A stretch of DNA of 64,000 nt, taken from positions 64,487 through 128,486 of the forward strand of contig JAPLME010000007.1 in the NCBI GenBank assembly GCA_026387175.1. Reading direction: 5' to 3'. Positions 39,636 to 49,221 of this stretch are shown here, piece by piece. This DNA is from Candidatus Omnitrophota bacterium (GTDB taxonomy: Bacteria; Omnitrophota; Gorgyraeia; 2-01-FULL-45-10). Made by a program: the position numbers and the translations under genes. Position 1 is the first letter of the stretch. Every line of letters starts with the position of its first letter. The notes under the pieces are model-generated. The model worked only from the letters and a program-made list of their open reading frames with translations. It searched no databases and was not told the DNA's origin.

Positions 39636-40858
39636 CTTATAGCCTCTTGAGCGAATTTCTTGTTAAGTTTCGAGAAGTCGATACCGTTCGAACGGTGCCA
39701 TTCTATGCCGTGTAAACGCAGCTCTTCCCACTTTACGATGTGGGGTGACCTCTTATTAAGATCTTTGACAGTGATAAGCCTGTCAGTGCATGAAAAGCAC
39801 GGGTCTATCGCCGCGATCACTATAGGAAGATCCGCAAGCTGCCTGTCCTCAAGCATCTTCGCTACCGTCTGAATGTTCGCCAGGGTCGGAGCCCTCACTT
39901 TTACTCTTTCGGGCTTATCGGTGCCATTGGCCTTCACATAGTGGACGTCCTCGCCTCTGGGGGCCTCGTAACGGCTGAAGGCTTCTCCGGCGGGTATCTT
40001 GCGCGGAGACTTTATCGCTATAGGGCCGTCCGGTATATTTTTTAAGGCCGTGCGGATCAGGCGATATGACTCCATCAGCTCACCCATCCTAACGAGCGTC
40101 CGGCCGTATACGTCATTATGGTCATCCGTAACGATCTTGAAATCCAGTTCTGCGTAAGCCGCATAAGGGTCGTCGCGTCTCGTGTCTCTGGCTACATTTG
40201 AAGCTCGCGCGGTAGGCCCGACAGCTCCGAGAGATAACGCGTCCTCGCGCGAGAGCATTCCTACTCCCGACAGCCTCTGAATTAAAGTGGTCTCTTCTTT
40301 TGCTACCTGGATGTAATACTTTGTTCTCTCTTCCAGAATATCCATGGCCTTTAAGATGTGTTCTATGTGCTCGGGGCTAAGATCGCGCTTTACGCCCCCT
40401 ATCACATTCATGCCGTAATTGACGCGATTACCGGTCAGTTCCGCAAGGATGTCCATTACCACTTCGCGGTCGCGCCATGTATACATCAGGAGAGTATCAA
40501 ATCCTACCTCATGGCCGGCGACGCCGAGCCACAAGAGATGGCTGTGTATTCTCTCCAATTCGCCTATTATCGAGCGGATGTAAAGGGCCCTGCGCGGAGT
40601 CTCCAGTCCGGCTATCTCTTCGACGGCCTGGGCGAAGCATGTAGCGTGTGTGTGCGAGCATATACCGCATATACGTTCGATAAGATAGATATCCTGTAGG
40701 TACGTTCTGGCTTCACACGCTTTCTCTATGCCGCGATGATTATATCCGAGCCGGGCGCTGAACGCCATTATCCTCTCGCCCGCCAAAGTGACGCTGAAGC
40801 TCTCGGGCTCTTTCAGCGCCGGATGCTGGGGGCCTATCGGTATTACGACTTTACGCAT
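39626..40858 (-). CDS. Group 4 [NiFe] hydrogenase large (catalytic) subunit (NuoD-like)
   Basis: N-terminal Ni-Fe ligand motif RICGICSHTH and C-terminal DPCFSCTDR, so all four Cys are present. A ~50-aa extension after the C-terminal motif is consistent with protease processing. Confidence 0.85.
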   Translation of the reverse strand: MRKVVIPIGPQHPALKEPESFSVTLAGERIMAFSARLGYNHRGIEKACEARTYLQDIYLIERICGICSHTHATCFAQAVEEIAGLETPRRALYIRSIIGELERIHSHLLWLGVAGHEVGFDTLLMYTWRDREVVMDILAELTGNRVNYGMNVIGGVKRDLSPEHIEHILKAMDILEERTKYYIQVAKEETTLIQRLSGVGMLSREDALSLGAVGPTARASNVARDTRRDDPYAAYAELDFKIVTDDHNDVYGRTLVRMGELMESYRLIRTALKNIPDGPIAIKSPRKIPAGEAFSRYEAPRGEDVHYVKANGTDKPERVKVRAPTLANIQTVAKMLEDRQLADLPIVIAAIDPCFSCTDRLITVKDLNKRSPHIVKWEELRLHGIEWHRSNGIDFSKLNKKFAQEAIRCY

Positions 40859-41349
40859 TATATTTTTTCCTCCTCATCTGGTAACGCACCGGATGCGGCG
40901 GTGCCTTTTGGCTTCCAGTCTTTCCTCAGCGGGTGCTCATCTTTAGGCCAATCATCCGGAAGCGGATAGCGATTGCCTTTTGTGAGCCCTTCTACCTCGG
41001 CTCCTAAAAGGTCCATGACCTCTCTTTCGTAAATATCGGAATTCGGAAAATATTTAAAGACGGACTTGATCACGGGTTTATCTTTCGGCACAGAGAATTT
41101 CAGGCTGAAAGTTATCCCGTCAGTGCGGGCCATATGATATATGAAGCCAAGCGCCTGGCCTTCATCGAGGCCGGTTATCGTGCACAGGATAGAGAATTTG
41201 AGATCCTCTTTGGCATACACAAAGACTTCCTCGAAACCCTCCGCAGGGGTCTCGGCGACGACCCTCCTCACCCGCTGCACCTTAGCCTTATCCTTGAGAA
41301 ACGGAAATTTCTTTAGGAGCTCCTGAACTATATTTTCTTCTTTAGTCAT
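40858..41349 (-). CDS. NuoC-like (30-kDa) subunit of the group-4 hydrogenase
   Basis: A 163-aa protein in the position between the small and large subunits, with the NuoC/MbhK-like pattern. Confidence 0.7.
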   Translation of the reverse strand: MTKEENIVQELLKKFPFLKDKAKVQRVRRVVAETPAEGFEEVFVYAKEDLKFSILCTITGLDEGQALGFIYHMARTDGITFSLKFSVPKDKPVIKSVFKYFPNSDIYEREVMDLLGAEVEGLTKGNRYPLPDDWPKDEHPLRKDWKPKGTAASGALPDEEEKI

Positions 41350-41354
41350 AAATT

Positions 41355-41792
41355 TTACTTTTTCTCTTCCAGGCTGGCCAATAACTTTACAACGCCGTCT
41401 ATTATCGCCTTAGGGCTGGCCGGGCATCCGGGTATGTATGCGGATACCGGAATGACCTGGTCTATTCCCGATTCTACGCAATAGCATCCGTCGAAGACTC
41501 CGCCTGAGCAGGAACAGCTTCCCACTGCCACTACAAATTTCGGCTCAGCCATCTGGTCATATATCCTTTTAAGTCTGTCTTTTGTCTGTTTCGTTACGGG
41601 GCCGGAGCAGACCAGCACATCGGCGTGTTTCGGAGCGCCTTTCAACTGCACCCCGAAACGTTCTACATCGTAACGCGGCGTAAGGGCGGCGACTATCTCG
41701 ATATCACAGGCGTTACAGGCCCCCGTATTAAAATGGATTATCCACGGCGACTTAATCCTCGACCAGGTTACTATTTTCTTGATCAGCTCCAT
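41355..41792 (-). CDS. Group 4 [NiFe] hydrogenase small subunit (NuoB-like, proximal 4Fe-4S)
   Basis: Cys ligands in GACNAC, GSCSCSGG and GCP. Confidence 0.8.
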   Translation of the reverse strand: MELIKKIVTWSRIKSPWIIHFNTGACNACDIEIVAALTPRYDVERFGVQLKGAPKHADVLVCSGPVTKQTKDRLKRIYDQMAEPKFVVAVGSCSCSGGVFDGCYCVESGIDQVIPVSAYIPGCPASPKAIIDGVVKLLASLEEKK

Positions 41793-41793
41793 A

Positions 41794-42129
41794 TTATCTC
41801 CTGAGCAGTATCGTAAGTCCCGCCGTCGCCCCCGCCAGATATATTACCGCGATGGCAAAGGAGTTCGTCGTCTCGATAGGTATAGTCGCTATGGTCAACG
41901 CCACCACGTGCAGTACCGTGAAAAGAAACGCAAACGGAAAAAATTGGCTATAATCGGGCTGCATCAAATGGGTCTTAACGTCTTCTCCGCAGGCATACGA
42001 TGTCCCTATATCTTCCGGAGGGTTTTTCGATTTTAGCGAAAGCCTGGATAGGACTCCGGAGAAGATAGTGGTCATTAAAAGCACCGTAACGAAACATATC
42101 GGAGGAGTCAATAATAGCTTATTCATCAT
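41794..42129 (-). CDS. NuoA-like small membrane subunit
   Basis: A 111-aa 3-TM protein with a YACGED motif resembling the NuoA PYECG loop. Confidence 0.55.
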   Translation of the reverse strand: MMNKLLLTPPICFVTVLLMTTIFSGVLSRLSLKSKNPPEDIGTSYACGEDVKTHLMQPDYSQFFPFAFLFTVLHVVALTIATIPIETTNSFAIAVIYLAGATAGLTILLRR

Positions 42130-42450
42130 TTATCCCTTCAGCCTCTTTAATTCCCTTACGTCGAGCGAGTCATTGGATCTGAATACCCGCAGAGCTATGC
42201 CGCTGGCTATCGCGGCGACCACAACCTCTATCACTATTATAGTTATCACCATGGCCTGAGTTACAGCCGTGCGCCCTGTTATGTAGCCGGCCACTATCAC
42301 CAGCAGTGTCACCGCTTTTATCAATAGCTCGAGCCCTATTATGGTCCGTATCAGGTTGCGCGTCACGAGTATGCAATAGAGCCCGCAGACGAAAGTCAGT
42401 ACGATGAAAAAGCCGAACATTAAGAAAACATGCCAGGACTCACCACTCAT
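42130..42450 (-). CDS. NuoK/MrpC-like small membrane subunit
   Basis: A ~107-aa 3-TM protein with conserved charged residues within the helices (IIGLELLIKAV...VIEVVVAAIASGIAL). Confidence 0.65.
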   Translation of the reverse strand: MSGESWHVFLMFGFFIVLTFVCGLYCILVTRNLIRTIIGLELLIKAVTLLVIVAGYITGRTAVTQAMVITIIVIEVVVAAIASGIALRVFRSNDSLDVRELKRLKG

Positions 42451-42955
42451 CTCTTCTTCTCTCCTCAAATAGTATTACCACCCCGAGCGCGCCTATGATG
42501 ACCACGATTATCTGCCCGATCATATCCAACTGTCGCATATTCCACATTACGTATCTCACGTCTTTCAGCGCGCCTTCCGTCACGGGCGGCACGGTGATAT
42601 TGCTCTTTATCTTTATCAGAGTGAGAACTATACTCGTTATGATCATCAATATGGGAAGGTATCCGAACCTCTTATTCCTCTCCTTGGAAGATTCCACTAT
42701 CTCCTTATTCGTTAGCGGTTTCGTCAGGCTTATTGTGCTGACGAATACGACCGTTATCAGGCCCGTGCAGACGGAGAGCTCAAACACAGCGGCCAGCGGC
42801 GAATTCAGCCTGAACATGAGTATAGTTATAACAGCACTCGTAACTGCAAGCCCTATAGCGGCCTTCAATAAGCTTCTGCCCATCACCGTCCATAGTGCGG
42901 CCACGATCATTATCACAAGAAGGCCTGAGTCTATAGATATATAAGAAGTCATCAT
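42440..42955 (-). CDS. MrpB-like membrane subunit
   Basis: 171-aa polytopic membrane protein in an Mrp-like gene context. Confidence 0.5.
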   Translation of the reverse strand: MMTSYISIDSGLLVIMIVAALWTVMGRSLLKAAIGLAVTSAVITILMFRLNSPLAAVFELSVCTGLITVVFVSTISLTKPLTNKEIVESSKERNKRFGYLPILMIITSIVLTLIKIKSNITVPPVTEGALKDVRYVMWNMRQLDMIGQIIVVIIGALGVVILFEERRRDEW

Positions 42956-44382
42956 TTCGTTATCAACTCCTGTAGGGGTGCGATGAAGGTATTAAAGACA
43001 AACGGAAAAAAGATGCCTGAGGCGACTAGTATCGCCGCGAGTATAATCGACGCCGTTGCTATGCCGGGCCTGGCCTCTTTCAGATGCTCGTTTTCCTTCG
43101 CCAATTTACCGAAAAAGGCCCTCCTCTGCATAACCAATAGGTATGCCAGTGTAATAACGCCCGCCATTATCGCTATCACTGAATAGGCATGGCTGCCGGA
43201 CTGCCAGAGAGCTATGATTATCATCAGCTTTGACCAGAATCCGGATAGAGGCGGTATGCCTGCCGCCGATAATAGCCCTATGACCGAAGTCGCGCCGGTT
43301 ATAGGCATCTTTGAAGATAACCCTCCCATCTTATCCATGTCTGTCGTTCCGAGCCTTGTCTCAACGGCAGCGGAATTCACGAAAAGAAGAGATTTGAATA
43401 TCGAGTGATTAAACAGGTGAAATATCGCTCCCGCTATTCCCAGGAACGTCCCCGTGCCGAAACCTACCACTATATAACCCACCTGGCTTATGCTGGAATA
43501 AGCCAGCATTCTCTTCATATCGTTTTGCCCCATAGCGGCAAAAGCTCCGACAAGTATGGATAAAGTGCCTATTAGTAGTAGCGTAGATTTCAGGGCAGGG
43601 CTAAAGCCTAATATGGCCGTCAGGACCCTTATCAATGTGTATATGCCTGCCACCTTGGTCACGATACCCCCAAGAAGCACCGAGACTGCCGCGGGCGCGG
43701 AACTGTAAGAATCCGGAACCCACGCATGGAACGGCACGAGCCCTCCTTTTATCAGAAGGCCGCATATCAGCAATCCGATCGTAACGAGCACGATATTATT
43801 GTTCGGCAGGAGCAGAGCTTCCCGGATCGCCGCAAACGATGTGCTGCCGGAGATCATAAAAAGAAGAGCTATCGAAGTAAGTATCATTATCGTAGCGACT
43901 GCGGAGAGGATCAGGTATTTGAAAGCGCCTTCAAGAGCATATATATCTTTTTCGAACGCTATAAGCACGAAGGTAGATATCGCGGTCACCTCAAGAAATA
44001 CATATAACGAGAAAATATCCCTGACTATCACTATCCCGCTCATTCCGATAGACGCTATTATGAGCAGATTTATGAATTTAAAACGCTCTTTCTCGTCATG
44101 TATGGTGTTGCGCGCGACCAGGAGCGTGGATATCGAAACTATTCCTATACATAAGAGCATTATGAAACTTAATTGATCCAAAGAGTAATCCGCTTTGAAG
44201 AATGAGTCGATATGGCTAAACTCATTGCGCCAGAATATGGGATGGTGGCTTATCGCAAGAAGTATCTGCGAGACGAACAGGATAAGCGCGAACCAGAACG
44301 CAAATTTCCTCATTATGTCTTTAAGAGGAAGATTGAGAATCACTATCCCTATAAGCGGCATCAGAATAAGTAGTGACGGCAT
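42952..44382 (-). CDS. Antiporter-like subunit (MrpD/NuoN family)
   Basis: 476-aa 14-TM-type protein with NuoL/M/N family conserved segments (GGLVPFHAWVPDSYSSAP, FLEVTAISTF). Confidence 0.75.
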   Translation of the reverse strand: MPSLLILMPLIGIVILNLPLKDIMRKFAFWFALILFVSQILLAISHHPIFWRNEFSHIDSFFKADYSLDQLSFIMLLCIGIVSISTLLVARNTIHDEKERFKFINLLIIASIGMSGIVIVRDIFSLYVFLEVTAISTFVLIAFEKDIYALEGAFKYLILSAVATIMILTSIALLFMISGSTSFAAIREALLLPNNNIVLVTIGLLICGLLIKGGLVPFHAWVPDSYSSAPAAVSVLLGGIVTKVAGIYTLIRVLTAILGFSPALKSTLLLIGTLSILVGAFAAMGQNDMKRMLAYSSISQVGYIVVGFGTGTFLGIAGAIFHLFNHSIFKSLLFVNSAAVETRLGTTDMDKMGGLSSKMPITGATSVIGLLSAAGIPPLSGFWSKLMIIIALWQSGSHAYSVIAIMAGVITLAYLLVMQRRAFFGKLAKENEHLKEARPGIATASIILAAILVASGIFFPFVFNTFIAPLQELITK

Positions 44383-44398
44383 TATTATTTCTCGCTCT

Positions 44399-46222
44399 TT
44401 ACTTTAATAAAAATAAGACTATGATCGCGGTGGTCGCGATCGACCATATTATATACGTCTTGTAGCTTCCGTCGTGCAGATTTCGTATCGCGCCCGTTAT
44501 CGCCCCGGTCGCCGCAGGAGTGAAGACGTTATAGACCCAGTCCACCGCCCTGTCGCAGGTCCTGCAGCAGGCGGCGAAGATACCGGCCGATCCCATCCCT
44601 ATATTATAGGGATCGAGCCTGCCTTTTTCGGCGTACTCATAAATAGTCCGAAGCCCCGGAGCGTAATGGATATGGTCCGCGGCTTTCAGGGAGCTTCCCG
44701 TGCGCTTTACGCCGTATAGATGATTCAATAAAGCGGCTATCAGGGTTATCACCGTAATCATCACCAGTGTGGAGTTTGCCGGCCACCCCGCAAAATTGTG
44801 GCCCTCAAGCCTTGCGCCCAATATGGGCTGAATCAATTTATTAATAGGCAGAGCATTCCATACGCCGAATAGAACGCATGAAGCCGCTATCACTACCATG
44901 GGGATGAGCATTGGAAGAGGCGCTTCTTTTACGTCATTCCTGTTCGATTTGCCCATGAATGCTGCATGCCCGAGCTTCAAAAAAGACGCCGCGGTAAGGA
45001 ACGATCCAAGCGCTGCGGCAACGTAGAATATCATCCCTCTTTCAAGGGCGCCGTCATAGATCAGTTCTTTAGAGAAGAACCCGTTGAACGGCGGCACTCC
45101 GGATATCGAAGCCGCTGTTATCAGGAAGCAGATGAACGTCACCGGCATCATCTTCCCCAACCCGCCCAGCTGTTCTAGATCGGTTGTACCGGCCTGCCTC
45201 TCGACTGAACCTCCGGTAAGAAACAGACAGCTCTTATACAACGCGTTATTTATCATGTGAAATAGCCCGCCCACTATACCTATGGGCACAAGAGTGCCTA
45301 TGCCGAGTATCATATAACCGACCTGGCTTACGGCGTGGTAAGCTAATAATCTCTTATAATCTTTCTGCACCAGCGCCATCATTACAGCTCCCAATATGGT
45401 GATCGCGCCCACGGTCATCATCGCAAAGCTGGCCCACGAATCAGGCGTAAGCCTGAAGATGTCCAGGGATATCCTTGTCAAAAAGTATATGCCCAATAAT
45501 TTCTCGAGCGCTCCGGGGAATATCGCCATGAATGGCAGCGGCGCATCGATCGCGGCATCCGGTATCCATGTATGAAACGGCATCGATCCTGCCTTAGCTA
45601 TCGCTCCCGTCACCATCAGTATGAATGCCAGCCCCCCGAACCCGCTTGCAGCAATGCTTATCTTCGAGATAGTGAGCGTGCCCGCGATGTGGCCGCATAT
45701 CGCTATCCCAGCCATCATGCAAAGGTCGCTTATTCCTATGATAATAAACATTTTAGTCGCAGTCCTGAAAGCGTCTTTATTGCCGATGGCTATCATTCCC
45801 CACAGAGTGATGAGAAGCCCCTCCCAGAAGAATAGCAGCATGATGAGATTATCTGAGAGCGCCGCTCCGTTAACGAGAGCCAATGACATCAATAGAAGTC
45901 CGAAAAAGAGGCTCGAATTGATCCTTTCGCGCATGAAGACAATGGAATACAGGATTACAAGAAATCCAAATCCCGCCGATGCCAGTATGGTAAATGCGCT
46001 GAAGTGGTAGAGCCTAAACGAGAATTCAAAGCCGAAACCCGCCCAGGGCATCGAAAATGCAGCATTGCTTTTAAAGAGTGAGAACGCTATAAAAAGATTG
46101 GCTGCGGCCCCCGCAAGCGTTAACAGGTCCCTGGTCAATCTCATTTTACGCTGGAAAAGGATTATCGCCAGCCCGGCCAGCGCCGGCATTATTATTAAGG
46201 ATAGGGATAGTTTTTCTATCAT
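44399..46222 (-). CDS. Antiporter-like subunit (MrpA/NuoL family, long form)
   Basis: 607 aa, with the conserved GSMPFHTWIPDA segment and a C-terminal extension typical of NuoL/MrpA. Confidence 0.75.
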   Translation of the reverse strand: MIEKLSLSLIIMPALAGLAIILFQRKMRLTRDLLTLAGAAANLFIAFSLFKSNAAFSMPWAGFGFEFSFRLYHFSAFTILASAGFGFLVILYSIVFMRERINSSLFFGLLLMSLALVNGAALSDNLIMLLFFWEGLLITLWGMIAIGNKDAFRTATKMFIIIGISDLCMMAGIAICGHIAGTLTISKISIAASGFGGLAFILMVTGAIAKAGSMPFHTWIPDAAIDAPLPFMAIFPGALEKLLGIYFLTRISLDIFRLTPDSWASFAMMTVGAITILGAVMMALVQKDYKRLLAYHAVSQVGYMILGIGTLVPIGIVGGLFHMINNALYKSCLFLTGGSVERQAGTTDLEQLGGLGKMMPVTFICFLITAASISGVPPFNGFFSKELIYDGALERGMIFYVAAALGSFLTAASFLKLGHAAFMGKSNRNDVKEAPLPMLIPMVVIAASCVLFGVWNALPINKLIQPILGARLEGHNFAGWPANSTLVMITVITLIAALLNHLYGVKRTGSSLKAADHIHYAPGLRTIYEYAEKGRLDPYNIGMGSAGIFAACCRTCDRAVDWVYNVFTPAATGAITGAIRNLHDGSYKTYIIWSIATTAIIVLFLLK

Positions 46223-46223
46223 A

Positions 46224-47660
46224 TTATATGCCTAACATCTGTTTGATCGTTGTTTGTACGAATGAGGCCGGATATTGAATATATATACCGCCCAGCAGTG
46301 AGAGTATTCCAAGGACTGCGACGCTGGCCACCATTATATAGGAACCTTCCCTCGCGGCCGGGGTATTCTCATCACCCATGAATACCATATTGAATAGCCT
46401 GAACAGATAGAGTATTGTCATAAAGGCCCCAACCAGAAACGTAAGAGCTATCCATACATTATCGTTGAATGCGCCCGACATGACCATATACTTCGAGAAG
46501 AACCCGCCGAATGGCGGCGTGCCCATTACTGAAAAAGCGCAGAACAGAAATGAGATCGCGGTTAAAGGCATCGCGCTGAAAAGCCCGCCCATCTTTGTTA
46601 TGTCCTTAGTGTGTGTGCCGTGTTCGATTATACCCGCGGAGAGGAAGAGCCCCGCCTTCGCTATGCCGTGCATTAATATATATAAGAGAGCGCCGGCTAA
46701 CCCTATTCCGCCCCCTAATGTGAGGCCGAGGAATATAAATGCTATCTGGCTCACGGTCGAATACGCTATTATTCGCTTCATGTCCGTTTCGACCAGCGCG
46801 GCGCCCGCGGAAACAAGGGCGCTCATTGCCGCTATGACCGGTACTATGGTGTGCCATATAGTCGAGATCGTGAATGTCGCGATGAATAACCTGGCAAACA
46901 CATAGACGCCGATCTTTACGAGGACCGCCGCATGTAGAAGCGCCGTTACTGGCGATGGCGCGACGCCGGCGTCAGGCAGCCATGTGTGGAACGGCAGAGT
47001 TGCCGATTTTGCCAGGATTCCGAATAATATCAGGAGCACTACTATGTCGGGAACGGCCTTCGGGCCCAGCGAGCTCTTTATAACGGCAAGATCGAATGAG
47101 CCTGTTTCGGCGTACAATAAGATGAAGCCCATAAGCATCAGCAGGGCTCCGAATACCGTTACGAGGAATGCCTTATCCGCCTTTATCACGTATGATCTTT
47201 CCCTGAAAAAGCCTATCAAGCGCCAGCTGGTCAGCGCGGTTATCTCCCAGAAGATATATAGTAATATCAGATTTGCGGAAAATACGAGGCCCATCATCGA
47301 ACCTATGAAAAGCACGACCATAGTATAGTATTCGGTGCGATTCGGGTAATGGCTTATATAGCCGAATGAATAGATGACTATGATGAAGCTTATAAGCGAT
47401 GAAACTATCGCCATGAATACTGCTAGAGCGTCCGCTGTGAGGACGAAGTTGAAACCGAGCGGAAACGCGCAAGAGACGGTGACTGTAGTCCCGGACAATA
47501 CGGTCGGCACCAAGAGCGCCGAAGCCACCAGCGATGCCAGGACAAAGATCGCCGCCGCCCCATTCCTGGCGTGCTCGGAAACCTTTCCGATGATCGGTAG
47601 CAGGCATGCCCCTATTACCGGCACGAAGACCGCAGTTAATAACAGGCTGTTATTTGTCAT
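46224..47660 (-). CDS. Antiporter-like subunit (MrpD/NuoM family); first gene of the array
   Basis: 478 aa, with LPFHTWLPDAGVAPSPVTALLHAAVLVKIGVY characteristic of the family. Confidence 0.75.
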   Translation of the reverse strand: MTNNSLLLTAVFVPVIGACLLPIIGKVSEHARNGAAAIFVLASLVASALLVPTVLSGTTVTVSCAFPLGFNFVLTADALAVFMAIVSSLISFIIVIYSFGYISHYPNRTEYYTMVVLFIGSMMGLVFSANLILLYIFWEITALTSWRLIGFFRERSYVIKADKAFLVTVFGALLMLMGFILLYAETGSFDLAVIKSSLGPKAVPDIVVLLILFGILAKSATLPFHTWLPDAGVAPSPVTALLHAAVLVKIGVYVFARLFIATFTISTIWHTIVPVIAAMSALVSAGAALVETDMKRIIAYSTVSQIAFIFLGLTLGGGIGLAGALLYILMHGIAKAGLFLSAGIIEHGTHTKDITKMGGLFSAMPLTAISFLFCAFSVMGTPPFGGFFSKYMVMSGAFNDNVWIALTFLVGAFMTILYLFRLFNMVFMGDENTPAAREGSYIMVASVAVLGILSLLGGIYIQYPASFVQTTIKQMLGI

Positions 47661-47685
47661 AGAATCCGTTATTTTTAATTATGGT

Positions 47686-47727
47686 ACAAAAAAATTAAGC
47701 CCTGCTACTGCTTGCGAGGCGGGCTTT
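47686..47727 (-). terminator. Rho-independent terminator downstream of gltD
   Basis: On the minus strand, a hairpin (AAGCCC / GGGCTT arms with a GC-rich interior) is followed by AATTTTTTTG. Confidence 0.6.
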
Positions 47728-47775
47728 AGTTGTAGTAAGATAGCATAAAGTAAATAACATTTCAAGAAAAATCAG

Positions 47776-49221
47776 TTATATTACCGGCAGATTGGTCGAG
47801 CCCATGAGATATTTATCGATGCAGTGGGCGGCTCTGCGGCCTTCGGAGATGGCCCAGACTACGAGCGACTGTCCCCGCCTGGTGTCCCCGGCCGCGAATA
47901 CGTTCTTTAGCGATGTCATGTAATCCGGGCCGGTCTTGATATTTCCGCGGCCGTCTAACTCTACGCCAAGCTCCTTAAGAAGCCCCCGATGCTCCGGATG
48001 AACGAAGCCGATCGCAAGTATTACGAGATCCGCGTCTATTTCAAACCCGCTCCCGGGGGTCTCCTTCATCAGCGGACAGCCTTTAGTGTCTTTTTCAGAA
48101 AAGTCTAATTTTGCGCAAGCAACTTTCTTTACCTGCCCGGAATCGCCAATAAACTTTTTGGTCGACACTGCCCAGCTGCGAAGACCGCCTTCTTCATGGC
48201 TGGTCGAGGTCTTTAATATCGCAGGATATTTTGGCCACGGAAAGTCCGGCGTCCGGCAATCGGCGGGTTTGGGCAGGACCTCTATCTGCATCACGCATGA
48301 AGCACCCTGCCTGTGAGCTGTGCCGACGCAGTCCGCGCCGGTATCGCCGCCTCCGACCACAAGGACTTTCTTACCTTCCGCATTCAGTGAATTATCAGAT
48401 GGCTTCTCTTTAGAGGAGGTTCTTTTATTGGACCGTATCAGGTAATCCATCGCGAAGTGTATTCCCGCGAGTCCCCTCCCCTCTATCTTAAGATCCCGAG
48501 GAACCCGGCTTCCGAGAGAGAGGCATATCGCGTCGAAATCCTTAATAAGTTTTGAGGTCGGAAACGTTACGCCGACATCGGTATCCATTAGGAATTTTAT
48601 CCCCTCTTTCTTTAATATGCCGATGCGCCGATCGAGCAGGGATTTAGCTAATTTAAAATCCGGTATACCATAACGCAGGATACCCCCCGCCTTATCGTAC
48701 TTTTCAAATATCGTGACAGTATGGCCGGCCTTGTTTAACTGATCGGCGGCGGCAAGCCCTGCCGGGCCTGAGCCTACGACGGCCACTGCTTTTCGAGTGC
48801 GTTTTTTGGGAGGGTTCGCTTTTATCAGGCCCGCCTTGAAAGCATTTTCGATAATGGAAAGCTCGTTCTCCCGTATCGTTACGGGTTCATCATTTATGCC
48901 GAGCACGCAGGCATATTCGCACATCGCCGGACATATACGCCCGGTGAACTCGGGAAAGTTATTGGTCGCGTGCAGGAGTTCGATGGCTTTTTTCCATTTT
49001 CCGCGGAACATCAAGTCGTTCCATTCCGGGATATAATTTCCAACGGGACAGCCCCAATGGCAGAATGGCGTGCCGCAGTCCATGCATCGGGATGCCTGCT
49101 CTTTTGATAATCCTTCAGGCCTTGGGATGGAGACCTCTTTATAGTCCGCTATGCGCTCGCATACGGGCCGGTATATGCCGGCTTGGCGCCGGACCTTAAG
49201 GAAGCCCTTTGGATCACCCAT
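47776..49221 (-). CDS. gltD: Glutamate synthase (NADPH) small subunit
   Basis: RCMDCGTPFCHWGCP Fe-S motif, plus the dinucleotide folds VAVVGSGPAGLAAA and VLVVGGGDTGADC. Confidence 0.85.
   Translation of the reverse strand: MGDPKGFLKVRRQAGIYRPVCERIADYKEVSIPRPEGLSKEQASRCMDCGTPFCHWGCPVGNYIPEWNDLMFRGKWKKAIELLHATNNFPEFTGRICPAMCEYACVLGINDEPVTIRENELSIIENAFKAGLIKANPPKKRTRKAVAVVGSGPAGLAAADQLNKAGHTVTIFEKYDKAGGILRYGIPDFKLAKSLLDRRIGILKKEGIKFLMDTDVGVTFPTSKLIKDFDAICLSLGSRVPRDLKIEGRGLAGIHFAMDYLIRSNKRTSSKEKPSDNSLNAEGKKVLVVGGGDTGADCVGTAHRQGASCVMQIEVLPKPADCRTPDFPWPKYPAILKTSTSHEEGGLRSWAVSTKKFIGDSGQVKKVACAKLDFSEKDTKGCPLMKETPGSGFEIDADLVILAIGFVHPEHRGLLKELGVELDGRGNIKTGPDYMTSLKNVFAAGDTRRGQSLVVWAISEGRRAAHCIDKYLMGSTNLPVI

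Noticed and set aside
39626-40858. Mbx/Mbs-type sulfane-sulfur reductase rather than hydrogenase
   Set aside because: Both CxxC pairs that ligate the Ni-Fe site are intact (RICGICSHTH and DPCFSCTDR), and a hydrogenase-specific C-terminal processing protease is encoded in the cluster.
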